Shown: positions 23,628 to 37,518, counted from the stretch's first letter. The stretch is DNA of 64,000 nt from Hyphochytrium catenoides (GCA_900088475.1 FLMG01000570.1:43-64042); one strand, 5' to 3'. The notes: generated by a model from the letters alone, not told the origin. Translations and numbers: made by a program.

Positions 23628-26600
23628 ATGCCTGGCGTTCAGAGGCATAATAGCAATAACTCACACAATGGAAGCCCTAACCAGCGGCGAGCCAGCAATG
23701 AGAGCCTTGTAGCGGGTAATAGGGCCTTCTCTCTTGCAGGCAATGACAGAGCTACTACTCTTCGTCGGGGAGGGCCCCTGTCAAAGCGGTTAGCAAAAAG
23801 GCTCAACAGGGCCGTGATCGTGCTTTCCTCTGCCAAGCGGCATTGGCTCGTGCAGTGGAAGTACGTGGTGGCGTTCAGCTTGGTCTATTGTGCCCTGATA
23901 TCTATGTTCAGCATCGGTAAGCCGCACACTGGAAATTAGATCTAGAAACAAAGTTACTCGCCAGAGTGTCTTAGATCTTTCATCGATGAGAACGGCCAGT
24001 AACAACCACACTGATCCTCAGTAGGGGCTCTACATAAGAGACTAGAAGATGAAGAGAACAAACTACGTATATATGGGGGAAAGAGAGTGACAGAGACAGG
24101 GATGAAAGCCAGGAAATGGATGAATGCTGATAACCCTTTATCCTCCCAGCATGGAACCGTAAGCGCTCTCCCTTCGTGAAAGGCATGGATGTTCTGGCAG
24201 ATGTGGTGCTCGTCTTAGACTTATTCATGATCCCAATAATGAACGTCATCGAGGCAGAAAAAGACCAATCGCCCTCGTATGTGGACGTCATTACTGGCCA
24301 GAAAAAGGTAACATTCTTACACATTCTTTTGGAGGTGATCTTACTGGTGGCTGTTTCCGATTCTAACTTTCAGCTCTTGCTATGTTGCTCAACCCGAGAG
24401 GCTCATCTTGTTTGTTCTCGATGTCTAGACTAACTGGCAGAGGTACTGGGACCGCTTCACGGACTTCTATGCTGCCCTTCCAATCGGTATCATCGCTGCC
24501 ACTGGTATCACGGAGGAGCGAGTCAGCTACACCTTCATTCTGCTTAGAGTTATCAAGTGGCCCATATTGAAGCACCACATCTCGCTCATGAAAGTAGCTG
24601 ATGTAAGGCGTACAATGTAGCATGCCAAAGATAGCACAGCGGAAGCAAGAGCTTTATGAGAGAAGAGGTGATAGAGTTGGGAAGATAGAGAAGTACCGTA
24701 GAAAGAGATTGTGCAGTGACCAGCTCTACCTATGCTCACCGGTACTCGGGTCTGATTAGGCCGCACACCTCTTCTTGTCCACCTATCCTCTTGTCCGTGT
24801 CTCTACTGTTAGGCGTCTGCTGCAAGACTGAACCCTCTTCTTCGGCTATGGAAGCTTAAGGAACTTCAGTTACTATTCAAGATCCTCGTCATCTTTCATT
24901 TCCTGGCCTGTTTTTGGGTTCTCTCCTTGTACGCTAGTTCTGGAGTGAACTGGATGGCAACGATATACCCATCAACCTGCTTACAGGCAGGTCCTGAGAT
25001 TAGAGCGGCTACTGTGCATAGAACCTCTTCTATGCATCACATGGACGAGTGCAACCCCTTCAAAATGAGTGATATGGACCAATACCTCTACGGAATCTAT
25101 TGGGTTAGCACTACGTTGATGTCTGTCGGCTACGGAGATATTTCCCCTGCTTACAATGTGAATCTAGAGCGACTCTACGCAATCGGCGTCCAGGTAGTGA
25201 ACTGCTCGATGGACTCTCAAGTGCTTCAATATGACTTTTGTTGGCAATCCGTGTAGCCCTCTGCATACATCGACTTTTTCAAGTCAGTCTTTCCATCTCC
25301 AACCCGTTCCGGACATTTCACTGACTGTACCGACTACAGATAATCGGGTCGTTCGCACTTGGTTTTATTAGTTCCTCCATGCGGAGGTGGCTCGACAGTA
25401 GGAATCCACAATTCGTCAATGTCACCACGGAGAACGAGGTGCGCTGCTTCCCTTAGTTCGTCCTAACTCTCCCCTGACCGCTACGAAGCAGGGTGGTTCC
25501 TACGTGTGACCAGCTAGAGTATGAACCTTTCCATCCCTCTTCTTTGTATCTCATCGACCTCCGTATACCAGCTTAACTCACAGAGTTGGCACTATCCACC
25601 TGCGTCCCCTGTCAACATAGAAGGCCTGCTAATTATCTAATAGTGCTCCTAAGTCTTTGTATTAACTCATTTTTTTCCACATTTTCCCCTTTAGTTGAAG
25701 CAGTACATCAGAGATAAGGGCCTGACGCCACAGCTGGCAACGCGGATTAGAAAGCACTTCGATTACCTCCTCCTCAAGCACAAAGCACTACCCGATAAGG
25801 CGATACTGCTGAATCTGTCGTCCGCCCTAAGAGGAGAGGCTGTTCTGGCTCTGCTACCGGGTCACCTGAAGACGCTTGCAACGGCCCTGCCAGACTTTAG
25901 TGGAGCGTCGACAAGCGAGTTTCTAGCTGACTTAGCCAGCTTCCTTAAACCTTTCCAAATGCCTCCAGGATCCACCATCATACACGAAGGACGAATCGTG
26001 GAAGAGATATACTTCGTAACCAAGGGTATCTGTGAAGGTAGGTGTGGCATCTAGAGCCCAAAGCGGGATTAGTCATCGTCCTGGAGGTGATGAACAGCGG
26101 ATAGATTGCGCCGCAGTTTACGACTTCTGAGAAGATTAGAATGCATCATTGGGACTAAATATTGGAGAAGGCAGGGCAGAAGGGTGGGTTGCGGGTGAGA
26201 CTTCTACTGAGACTGCAGGAAAGGAACAGGGATAGAAACTGCGTCGCTGATTGCTTGCTTGCTAGCCTTCAAAGAGGAGACAGACGAGAACGGGAAGGCC
26301 CATATCGTTGTCCAAGGTCTCTTCTCAGACAACAGCTATTTTGGAGACTATCCCCTCTTCTGCAAAGAGAGGAGCGAAATCACTGTGCGCTGCAAAGGCT
26401 ACGTGGACTTCATGGCGCTGCCAATGGAAGGCGTTGAGTATCTTAACCAAAGGCATCCGCATGAAATGACACGCTTTGAGGATATTGCTAATGGGAACCA
26501 TCAGCTTATGGTAGAGATTGCCGACAGACCTACTGTACTTGGCCATAATAGGCGCCATAAGAGGTATAAGAACCCCTTTGATCGCGCGCAGGGCGGCCTT

Positions 26601-29600
26601 CTCCGCTGTTAACTATCTCCTTTCCTGCAATCTAACCTTGTGTTATTAGACTCTCTTGTTGTTAGCCAATGGTTGCTTGCGTTACCTACCAGCGAGAACG
26701 TATAAGAAATGCCGGTTCAGGGCTGCAACTTCATCTGCCACATTCATCTTTCGTCCTTCGCTTGATGTAGGAGTCCCAACTGTTCTGATCGTCTTCCTCT
26801 AAACTGTAGGGAAGTGCTGCATAACTGGAAGCCTTGTTCCTTTGAGACCATCTTCCAAGAGTTCTACAGAGAACGAAAAGCACTGGGTCCAGGCTCTGTC
26901 TCCGCCGCAACCCAGGAGCAGCAGCAACAGCTGCACGCCTTGCAAGAGAGGCAAACTATGCATGAGAAATGGATAATCGATCCCAACAGCCAGTTTAAGA
27001 CAGTGTGGGATGCTATCCTCAGTCTTATGACCGTGCTGAGCTGTGTGATTGTCCCATTCCAGACCTGTTTCAACCTTGGCTACAATGCTCTAGACATCCT
27101 GTTCAATGTCCTCTACTCTCTAGATATCCTGGTCTCTCTTCGTACAGCCTTTTTGGATGAAAACGCCACCCATCTTGTGATGGACCCTACAGTCATAGCA
27201 AAGCGGTATCTGCGACAATGGTTCACTATTGATTTCCTCTCTTCAGGAATAGTTGACGTCCTAGTCCTTCTTCTTGACCAGGTGTGCCATACACTCCTCC
27301 TCAGCCAATCCTCTACGTGCCAACTATGCTCTCCGGCAGGAACTGTCTCTTATTCTTTAGTCTCGACCTTCTTGCTTATCTCTCAATCCGATTTCTGTAG
27401 AAGTCACTCGGAGTTCGGCCTTTTCCAATCCACACATTTCTCTCTTCTGCAATCGGAGTTCGGCCTTTCAAGCCATCTGTTCTCTTCGTTCTGCTTGGTG
27501 TCCCACGGTTACGGTGGTGCCCTCACAGCTGATGTTCTATTGCGTGTCGCATTTGTGCTCATAGCTGACCTCCTCCCCCGCTCCAGCCGGACAATCCTGC
27601 CAGGTCTCCGCTACGCTTTATCCTGATTCTTCGCCTACTCCGCCTTCTGAAGTTGACCCGCGTGTTTCGTCTCTCGCGAGCCCTCCGGGAAGTAGACGCA
27701 AAGTTGAATCTTCCGCCTGTTGTTGGCAGAGTGCTTCGCCTCATTGGCAACGTCCTATTTATCATGCACATCTGCGCTTGCTTTTGGTATCTAATTGGAG
27801 TTGGAGCGGACTGGAAAGGAGGTAAGCTTGTAAAAAGGCTTAGTGAAGATCAAGGGCCAGTAGGTCATGGGTAAACACATAACCAGAGCTTCCCCGTAAA
27901 AGCGTCATAAGTGTGGAAGATCACTTACCAATGGCGACAATGAGCCGGCTAAACATTGGACCCCTTCCAAATGTTGTTTGGTATACTAACTCTTTATGGT
28001 TCGCACAGAGCCGTCTCCCTCATCCTGGGTGTATCAACTATATGAAGAAGATTATAACACGACATCCCTCACTAGCAGGTGAGAAGCGGGTCAGCTCCTT
28101 TGATAGTGTGTCTCCTTCGTGAACTTGGAAGCTATTTCTTTGTCGTCGTAATCACTGCCAAACTCACGCTCTCCCATCAGATACATTTCATCTTTATACT
28201 GGGCATCCACCACCATCACAACCACTGGTTACGGGGATATTGTTCCCGTTACCAGTGTAGAGATAGTATTCGCCATTGTCACGGAGATCATTGGATCTCT
28301 AGTCTTCGCTTATGTCGTAAACAGCATTGGTATCTTCCTCAGTCGCCAAAGCTACGAAGAGGACCNNNNNNNNNNNNNNNNNNNNNNNNNNNNNNNNNNN
28401 NNNNNNNNNNNNNTTAGCTATCCCTACGTTTCTGTAGAGGCTTGGTTGCTCTTCTCCTCCTGCTGTCATAAGTCATCATGGTGGTTTGTTGTGGCTCACC
28501 TGGGCGCTGGTCACCTAGTTTCGATGGTGGCCCAACTTAGTATCGACCAACACTCCTTACACGTCCCTCTTTTTCCTTCCATCTCTCCCTTCATTCCCTT
28601 AACTGGTGCCTCTATAGTCTGTGAAGAAGCAATGGAACCATGTTTTACGGCAACGAAAGACTTACCAAGAAAATAGTATTCTCGAGAAGCTACCCCTAGA
28701 CTTACAGCGAGAGGTTCTAAGTCATCTTTATGCCCCTCTCATTGCAAAGTTTCCCCTCTTCTGGGAAAGAGACCCGTCCTTCATCTCCAACGTCCTGCCT
28801 TTACTTGTTCCGCTCGTGGTAGAGCAGCATGAGCTTCTAGTGTCTCAGGGCTCTGTTGCCACGGAGATCTTCTTCGTCTTTGATGGAGTAATCGAAATCT
28901 ATCAGGACACTAAAGTCGAGCAGTCGCCAACAGCAGCTGCGTCTTCCCGACATTCTCCCTCTGCTAAGAAGGGTGAGAGTGAAGCGCAAAAGGAGGTGGA
29001 GACAAGTCCTTGTGAGGCGAAAGTAAATCAGCAGAAAGACGAAGATTGGACCAGGAAGAGCCAGCAGCAAAGCCAACCTACAAATGAACGGACCTCTCAG
29101 ACTGAGGTTGAGATCAAGTCTATTGAGAATGGTCATTTACAGGGACAGGAATCAGCCAATGAAAATAAAGAAGGCAAGGAAACTCGAGAGAAGAACACAG
29201 CATACCTAGAACCGCTGAAGGCTGGGACAGAGGTCGCAATTGGTGTGTCACAGCTTGAAAACAGAACGCAATACGACAGAGGTCAAGAAGTTGACTTACC
29301 TAAGAAAGATGAGCTTGGAGCACCAACGGACAAGAACGAGGAAGGCAATCCATCAAGTAAATCGGCAACACCAGAATCCTTACCCCCACAGGTTCATAGC
29401 CCTCCGACTGGGCCCCCCTCGGCCAAAGACAGTGCTACCTCAACCATCAGGTTGGTCAAGAACGTCTTAGGACCCGGCGCATTCTTTGGACATGAGCCTC
29501 TCCTCAACGATGAGCCACATGTAAGTTGCCCTTCTCGTCGCCCGGTTCGCATCTACAGTGGTCTTCACTCTTTCAGCTAACGTATTCCCGTATCCTTCAA

Positions 29601-30819
29601 TCAACTCTCCTATACGCGTTAAGAGACTGGTCTGACCACCACTCCCAACACTCCCTAGTTATGTCAGTATTGGCCTCTGCCTGACACACCTTTCGTCTTC
29701 TCGATGTGATAAGGCCCCGCCTGACCTTTCCCTCTCATCCGCCGTTACCCTATCATTGGCCTTTAGCCCTATTCCATCCGGGCGTTCACCCAATGCCAGT
29801 TGTATGTTCTCAAGCTAGAGAGCATTCAGCAGCTAATTGCGCGGCACCCTGAGCTGGCGACGGAGTTGCAGGAGGCAATTGAACAATCAATGTTAGTAGA
29901 TACAGTCAGAATGGTCAAAAACGAGCTTCACTTTGCGCAACTGCGTAAGCTGGGCAGACGGAAACCTCTGTTGGAGAAACTCTTGCCTCACAAGCAGAAG
30001 AAGAGTAGGGTGGGCTTCCTAAAATCTCTGATTGGCTTCGGAAAGACCAAGGTTGAACCCGATGGTGAAGGCACCGAAGCGGAAGAGAATGACCCTCAGA
30101 AGAAAGAAGGCGAAGCACGGGACGAGCTCATAGTCCAGTTTAAAGTGGCGGAGACGTTCAAACATAAACGGATAAAGAGAAGCATCCACGCTCTCTACTC
30201 TCCGAAGCCCCTAGAGCAGCACTTCGATGATTGGCTTTTGGCACTACAGAAGACGTCAGAGTTTGCTAAACTCCATTTGATAGAGCAAGGCAGTGCTTCG
30301 AAGGGACTGATTGGCCCTCGAACTCGTCTTTCAACTGCACAAGCCTTCACAGAATATTCTCTTAACAGCAACATTGAAGACAAAGTGAAATCGGTGACCA
30401 GGGACGTGCTTAAGAACAAAAAGTACATATCAGTGAAGGTTAAGCAGATGCCAGAAGGCCCACCGAGCACAATCGAGCAGCAAGAGATGCAGCATATAGT
30501 GCCAAAGCGCAACCGCAGTTCCTTCGTTCAACGCCAGTCAACAGTTCGTCCGCCCGAAGGATCTTCTCCGATATCTAGCCCAGTAAGAGCGTCAGTAGCC
30601 AACAGAACATCACCTCAAGATCGAAAGACCTTTGACTCAGGAGGCCAGATAGCGAAACAAAGTGTTACAGCCACAGTCGAGAGAGGCACAACCATGACTA
30701 CTTCTGGTAAAACCCAGATCACGGCGACAGGAGCCGTCAAAAAGAGAGTTGAAGCAGAGGAAGTAGAACGATCAGTCACTGATGACTTGCCGTCATTGGC
30801 TTCCACCGACCAAGCCTAG
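23628..30819 (+). CDS. two-repeat (2 x 6TM-pore-C-linker-CNB homology domain) KCNH/CNG-superfamily potassium channel
   Basis: Repeat 1 has pore YWVSTTLMSVGYGDI and CNBD EIYFVTKG...FGDYPL. Repeat 2 has IIDPNS, S4 LRLLRLLKLTRVFRLSR, pore YWASTTITTTGYGDI and CNBD EIFFVFDG...FFGHEPL. The halves join in frame across intron 26564-26809. An N gap at 28366-28413 hides part of C-linker 2. Confidence 0.88.
28366..28413. other. assembly gap (further gaps at 48229-48275, 48615-48656 and 51007-51079)
   Basis: Runs of N. Confidence 1.
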
Positions 30820-31229
30820 AGTCAAGCAACCCGATACAACACGTCAGGCTCTTTATACTCACCCTCCTTGCTTCTAAGTAGTATTTGCTCATCTCTATAC
30901 CTCTAGTTCTTCGAAATTATTGCCACTGCAAAGTGCCTATATGACACAATATTGTGACACAGCCTTGCTGCATACCTATTTTTGGGTATGTCAACAGTCC
31001 AGGAGCTCTATGACACCTATTAAAAGAGAGCTGTCCAGTAACTATATAACGGAGCTATATGACAGGCTAATAGAAAGCTGTCCTAGAGCCCTTCTTTTGG
31101 AAGCCAACTACTCGTTAGAGCCCGAGGGCAAATGATAAATAGCTGATACTAGCGTGACAAATGCATGAGCTGAAGGAAAGGCAGATTCAGAGAGAGAGAT
31201 AAAACTATGTTAGCTAGCAGAAGCAGTCT

Positions 31230-34155
31230 TTAGCGGGAGACATCCTTGAAGAGATCGTAGGCCTTGTATTCGGCCAAATACTTGGGGTTGACTCCGTTCT
31301 TCTCTAAGAGCTTCAGCTGTTCTTGGCGAAACTGTTCCAGCGCCTCGAGCTCAGCCTTCGCGTCCTCCTACAAAAGGAAGTTTAGAGGCGTTCTAGCAAG
31401 CCCAAAAGATTAGAGCAGGGAATGACCTTTAGCTTTGCTCCCTCGTCAAATTTGGCCTTCCTGGTCAGCGCTTTCCGATCCTGGGCCTCATTGATCTGCC
31501 GCAATATTTGTTTTCTGAACTCAAGTCGGTCCTGCTGTTCCTTTCTGTCCATCTCTTGTTGCCTAGCAGAATAGGATACGCATCAAATAAGGAACACAAG
31601 CGATAGACAGTAAAAGTGTAGTTCAATGCCTGAGACATTGCTCGCTCCGTGCTTCAACATCTACATACACAGTGGAAAAATATACCTCTCTCTGTCCTGG
31701 ATGATCTTTGCCATGGCTTCGTCGTACTCTTGCTTCTGCTTTCTAAGCTCCTCCTGCAGCGTGAGTTCCTTCGTTCTTTCCTGCGAAATAAGGCTATAAA
31801 TAACAACTAGGATAATGAACTCAAAAGAGAAATCAGGGTTAGCGGCAGCGAGTCCAGTCGTGGCTCGGTCAGCTAACCAGGGCCTTTTGAGGGAGGAAAT
31901 GGAAATGGGCCGAGGATCAAACAAAGCGAACAATCTGCCGATGTCCCAACGTACTGCTTGCTTTCTTGACTCCATTATCATCTTCATGTCGTCCTGTTTT
32001 CGTTTCTGCTTCGCTAGCTCAGCCTGGCGATCTGCGCGGTTCTTAGCCTCAAAGGCTCGCTTCATCCTGAGCTCGTCGAGCTCGGACTAGAACGCACAGG
32101 AGGTGAGAGTCAATGGTCAGAGGCACAGGGAACTGTGGCTAAGTAGACTATGGGAGTGACTCTCTCGTTCCAAGTCCCCTTTATAACACTGGGTCTCTCT
32201 GTGCCTCCACAAAAGCTCATTCTTGCTTTCTTCTCTGTTGGCAGCTCTCTGCTTTCGAAACACTTTCCTCTAGAGTCTTGATTCTTGTCCACGCGTGCTT
32301 AGTGATGTCACTGTCCACGTTCCCACGAACTCATCTCCCTTGTTATCTCTTAGTTTACCTGCATGGTCTGGCTCTTCTCTTGCATAGAGCGGAGTCTGTT
32401 GCAGAGATCATCTGCTTCCTTCTTCTTCCTTTCATTTTCTTCTTCCCTTTGTCTGGGAAGCGAGTTAAGTGCTTAGTAGGGTCCGTCCGGTGCTATAAGC
32501 CGTTTACTAATGGCTGTGTCCGCTTACCGCAGCTCTTCGTCCTTCTTCCGCATGTACTCTAATATCTTATCGTTCTCCAGTTTTTCTAGCTTTGCCTCCT
32601 CCAGCCGCTTTTTGAGTATAAGCTCATTGGCCTTTTTTATCTCGATTGCCATCTCGGCGTTTCTCCTCCTCTTCTCTTCTTCTTCTTCCTGTTCCGCCAG
32701 CTGTGAAAGAAGTAACTAGTAAGGCCTAAGGCCTTCTACTACCACTGGGGTGGTAGATCGAGTAACAGTGGACTGTCACCTGGAGCTGTTTAATCTTCTC
32801 CAGCATATCTTGTCCCTCCTTTAAGCGTTCTTGATTTATCTTGTTCTTTTCTTTGTTCCTCTCTGCTATCTGATGCTCTAACACTTCCCTATGGTTTTTC
32901 AGTTATCAGACTTTTTTGCAACTCCCAGCGGTTAGTGACACAGACAGCAAGAGCGATAGATCAACCGGGAGGATACGGCTTTGGTACCTGTCTTTGTGAC
33001 GTTCATCACGTTTTTTTGTCTCTATTTCTTCCCTCCTTTTCAAGTCTTCCAGTCGTGCGATCTCCATCTGAAGAGAAAGCTTTTTATCACTAAGCTTCTC
33101 TCGCTGAGCCTTTTCTTCGCGGCTGCCTAGTTGCTGGTCTCGGAGGGTGAAAGTCTGAGCTTTCATTGCCAGATTATTAAGTCTTTTAATCGTGTCGTGC
33201 TGAGCCTGCCGCAGCTCCGTCGCTGCAAAGTTTGAATGTCATGGGAGGAGCTAGGGTCAACGTTTCTAGGATATCCTACGAACACCTTTGCCTGACTCCA
33301 GCGACTCCATACCGATCTAATTTATCAGTTCCTCTCTCCTTCATGGTAAGATGTGGCCGCAGATGTGACCTCTCAGCCATAATACTAACTCAAGTCTCAC
33401 ACATCGTTTTCACAAGATGAAGCCTAGCCTGCTGCTCCTCTTTATTCACTGACCTCTCTCTAGAATGTGCCTGTTTTGTTCCTCCTGCTGAAGCTCGATA
33501 TCGGACTTTGGCTTCCGCTTTTTGCTTTCCGCTTCGAGTTGCATCATCTTCACCTATGACTCTTATAAGCATTTCGCCGAAGCAGGGACCGAATAGGGAT
33601 GCGCCCTTACCTTCCTTCTCATGGATTCTTCCCGAAGAAGCTCAAGTTCTCGTTCGTGCTCTCGTTCTATTGTTTGCCTTTCTTCAAAAGTAAGTATTCT
33701 GGAGGATTGCTGCCAGTACATATATTTAGGCGATAAGACACATTCAGCAGAACAATCAGGCGGGGAAAATATCACTAAGCCGCGGGAAACGTTACCTTCA
33801 GCCGTTCTAGGTCGTCAGAGCGCAAGCTCAGCCTCTTCTCGCGACTGCCATCTCCGACATATTTTCTATGGGTAGGAAAGCAACAAGAATTTTTTTACCA
33901 CTTTCAACCAAGTCGCAGCAATTGGGGTCAGTCCGTGTACCTGCCCGCAAGCTCAGCTGCTGCATTGACTGCTTGACCTGCGTCATCTGTGTGGTTGTTG
34001 TTACCCATAATACCTGAAGACTTTGCTGCAACCTTCGTCGTCTTATTATCAGCGCTGGAGTCTGCTTTCGTTGCTCTAGTTGGCTTATCTTTCCTCCTGT
34101 TGCCGAAAAGACTCTCATCCACGGAGCTGGGTTTACTGTACAGCATACGGGTCAT
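31230..34155 (-). CDS. CFAP45: cilia- and flagella-associated protein 45 (CCDC19; trichohyalin-plectin homology coiled coil)
   Basis: N-terminal VDESLFG motif, long E/K/R/Q coiled coil, SELDELRMKRAFE and C-terminal KNGVNPKYLAE. Confidence 0.85.
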
Positions 34156-35311
34156 GGTTCTCGAATCGGCTTAAGGTTGAAGTGACGAAGTGATAAATGA
34201 CAAAAAAATATGTTCCGGGTCCACTTTGTCTTCCGTCCGGTTGATTGGAGCCTTTCCCCTGTTTCTGAGTGAGGATATGATGAGAACAAAGCCGCCGCAG
34301 TTTTTCAGCAGCACCAGCTATCAATGAGCTCTCGCCTCCCAAATCGATGAGCTGACTTAGACTACCACTGAGTCTTCTTTTTGTATCCGCCTCCTTCAGC
34401 GCATCCTGTAGCTTGAGCCGATGAAGTAAACAGACAGATCAGACTGAGGTGTACCTCCTGCTGCCGTGTCTCCTCCCCGTGTCGATGCTGGTGGAGGCCG
34501 TCTTGATGAAAGGACCATTCTTCTCCATTCCCATTGTCCTGTCACCAGCTCACCTGTCTCAATCAGGCCCAGGCTGCTTGATCAGCTAGCTACACAGGAA
34601 GAGGAAGAGGAGCTTGCAGTGAGCAGCTTCCGCATCCGTTTCATCTCACCCCGTTTCCGATCTTGGCGTTAGCGGCTTTACGTCTGGGGGACTAATTGAC
34701 TGGGCCTGTGAAACGGTTGCCTGGTTCGGTAGTTACCTTTAATTGATTATCATAAAGATAAGCGCAAGTTGGTGCTGCCAATTATTTTCAATTTGGCAAG
34801 TCAAGTACTGTAGAGTTGTTCAAGTTCTTCTGGCCTAGGTACTTGAACTTACTTTTACTCAGTCCAGGTGATTAGTGTTTGTTTGAAGGAAGGCTTTGCG
34901 GGCTTAGAAACTTGTAGTTCCCATAGGAACAAGAGAATATTTATTGTTAAATTTACCAAATCCATGAATGTCAAGAAGGTGTAACCATACAAGCAGAAAG
35001 ATGAACAAGGAGACAGATTTCAGGAGAGTGGGAACGGCAGAAGTAGGAGACAGAGACAGCACGAGACAGAGGAAGGACAATATCTTGTAAGAAGGAGCCT
35101 TTGTGATCTGACCACTGATCTATCATGCTTCCATCTCACCCTTCGTTTCCCTTACACTACAGTACCACCTCGTTTTTGCTGTGTTGGCTTAGTGTTGGCT
35201 TTCTCTCTGTCTGACCAAGTTTCCATCCCTGAACGCACACTATCCTATGACAGCATCCTACGACTCCTAGCAGTAGGAGGAACCAACTTCGCGCGGCTGG
35301 GTCAGCAGCCG

Positions 35312-35358
<47 letters not shown>

Positions 35359-35400
35359 AGCAGAAGGAGAAGCAGAAGCAGAAACAGCAGCAGAAGCAGT
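35312..35400. repeat. compound microsatellite (TCA)12(GCA)5 plus a degenerate GCAGAA tract
   Basis: Directly visible in the intergenic region between the divergent CFAP45 and RING1 genes. Confidence 0.95.
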
Positions 35401-36032
35401 AGACCTAGGAGTAGTCTTTGCCGCACTGTCCGCATCCTGCGACTGTTTCAGCCGTTGTCTGATTTATCGTCAGGGGATTCCTCATTCTTTCTATTTCTTC
35501 CTCGAGCGTGACTTGGTGAAAAGTAAGGAATCAGCCTCAGGAACTTACCGCCCTCGACTCCTCGCTTTGACATCTCGGCGTCGCGCACTTCGTACTGTAC
35601 GAATTCGGCTAATATATCTCTGCTGCTTGCTTTGGGGTTACTTCTTGTTCCACTCCGGATGTGGCATCTGCTTTAGTGGCCTGTCCTCTTCTCACCACCC
35701 CTTCTTTTCACGAGGTTCCCCGCAGGATTCCATCTATTTGCATGCTGCCTCTTTACTGAGACTCCTCGATTTCGACTTCAGTGCTGCACGTTCTTGCTCA
35801 GTTGTATACTCCAACCCTGCATCTTATTCGCCGAAGCGTAGAACGCTCAACGGTGTGCCACTAACCCCATATCTTGCCCATCTCGTCCTCAAATAGGTGG
35901 CCATCAGACTTCCAGTGGGTGTTTGCTTTCTCCTGTGCCTGCTTGCAAAGGCTTACATTGAAGCGAAGGACGTAAGGTGCACCAGCGACTGGCTGTTCCC
36001 AACGAGAAGCTCTCATCGTCGGAGCGCTAGTT

Positions 36033-37518
36033 ATGGCACCCCCAGGCAAAGGGGATAGCGGACATGTCCGGGTAGGTGAATTACCGATATTCTTGCCCCC
36101 CACTCTACGGTGATTTCTTTGCTCAGCATCTTGCGTTTCCCGTTGTTCTGCGTCACGAACAGCCAAAGTCCTTGGCCGAGAATGAGTTCGTTGATTTACC
36201 CGATATGAAAGATGTCAAGCTTTTGGGTGATGGACCCATCAACGAGATCAGTGCATGGCAAGAGCGGGAAGAAATTGAGGGATTAACCTTGTACGATATC
36301 TATAGAAAACCAAGGAAGCAGGTACGTTGAAAGCAAATAGAAGAGGCACCTGTAGAATGACCTGATCTAATGATGTTATCTTATTGCAAATGAAGATCAG
36401 TGACGATAGAGAAGTGGAGATTGAATGCAGAAAGCTGAACACTGAGCTCACTTGCCCTGTCTGCCTCGGTATATTGCGAGAGACTATGGTTGTTATGGAG
36501 GTACTGCGGCTTTGCTTTATCATCGCGAATGGTAGAGTCTAAATTGCCACTATACGTGTTAGTGCCTACATCGGTTCTGTTCACAGTGCATCACGAAGTC
36601 ATTACGAGTCGGCCGAAAGGAGTGCCCATCTTGCCGTATCCATGTTCCGTCTAAGAGATCTTTGCGGTAAGTTTGTCTTGGTTTCGGCCTCCTCAGTTGT
36701 TCGGCTAGTGATTGCACCATGCTGCTGCAGACCCGATCCGAACTTCGATGCGCTTATTGCTACCTTGTACCCTAACCTGGAGGCTTACGAACAACAAGAG
36801 GAAAAACTGTTTGAAGAGATGAATAAGAGAGCGGTGGTGAATGCATTCGCTCACGCTTGCAAGAAGGGTCAGGAGCGGCAGTTGGCTAACAGGAGAAAGG
36901 TAGGGGCTCCGGGGCAGCAAGTTAGCGTTGCCCAGATTCACCTTAGTTTGCGTCACAGAGGAGCCTACCCGCTCAGCCGTCGCGTCCTGCTCCCGGAGAG
37001 ACTGCAAAGTCAAAACAAGGCAACATTGCCGGGACGAAACAGGCGGAGCCTAGCCGTACTGCGGAGAAGTCCAAACGTATCAAGAGAGAGGTAAGCTTAG
37101 ACTAGAACACCTTTCTATCGAAAATGCTGTCTAAAGCTAGACGAACTGGCAGATTGACCCTGCCGAAATGATTGATTTCATACTTCGGAAGCATCCCCTC
37201 GAGAACCGAGTCAAAAAGCTGGACCGAGAGTTCCTCAGGACCTCAAAACAGATCAGAGTAAGAAATGGAACGGCGCATGTGGTCGCTAAACCGTTCTGAA
37301 TGAGGCACTTGCAGGTCGGGCATCTGCTTCGCTTTTTAGGCAAGAAACTGAACCACGAGAATCATGATGACTTTGAGATTATTATGCTCCTAGGCGGCAA
37401 GGGGCTCATCCTGGATACACGCCTGACTATCAGGGAGTTGTCGCAAAATTTCTGGGATGATCGAAAGGAAATGGTGCTTCATTACCGATTGCGTCCTGAG
37501 GCCCAGATGGCGTCTTAA
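36033..37518 (+). CDS. RING1: RING1/RNF2-like E3 ubiquitin ligase (PRC1 type; RING + RAWUL)
   Basis: [79 protein letters not shown] and a C-terminal RAWUL-like segment (FILRKHP...[17 protein letters not shown]...MVLHYR). Confidence 0.92.

Noticed and set aside
35157-35896. 234-aa (+) and 92-aa (-) ORFs with poly-S/A and poly-L/M
   Set aside because: These are translations of the (TCA)n(GCA)n microsatellite with no domain or coherent exon structure.
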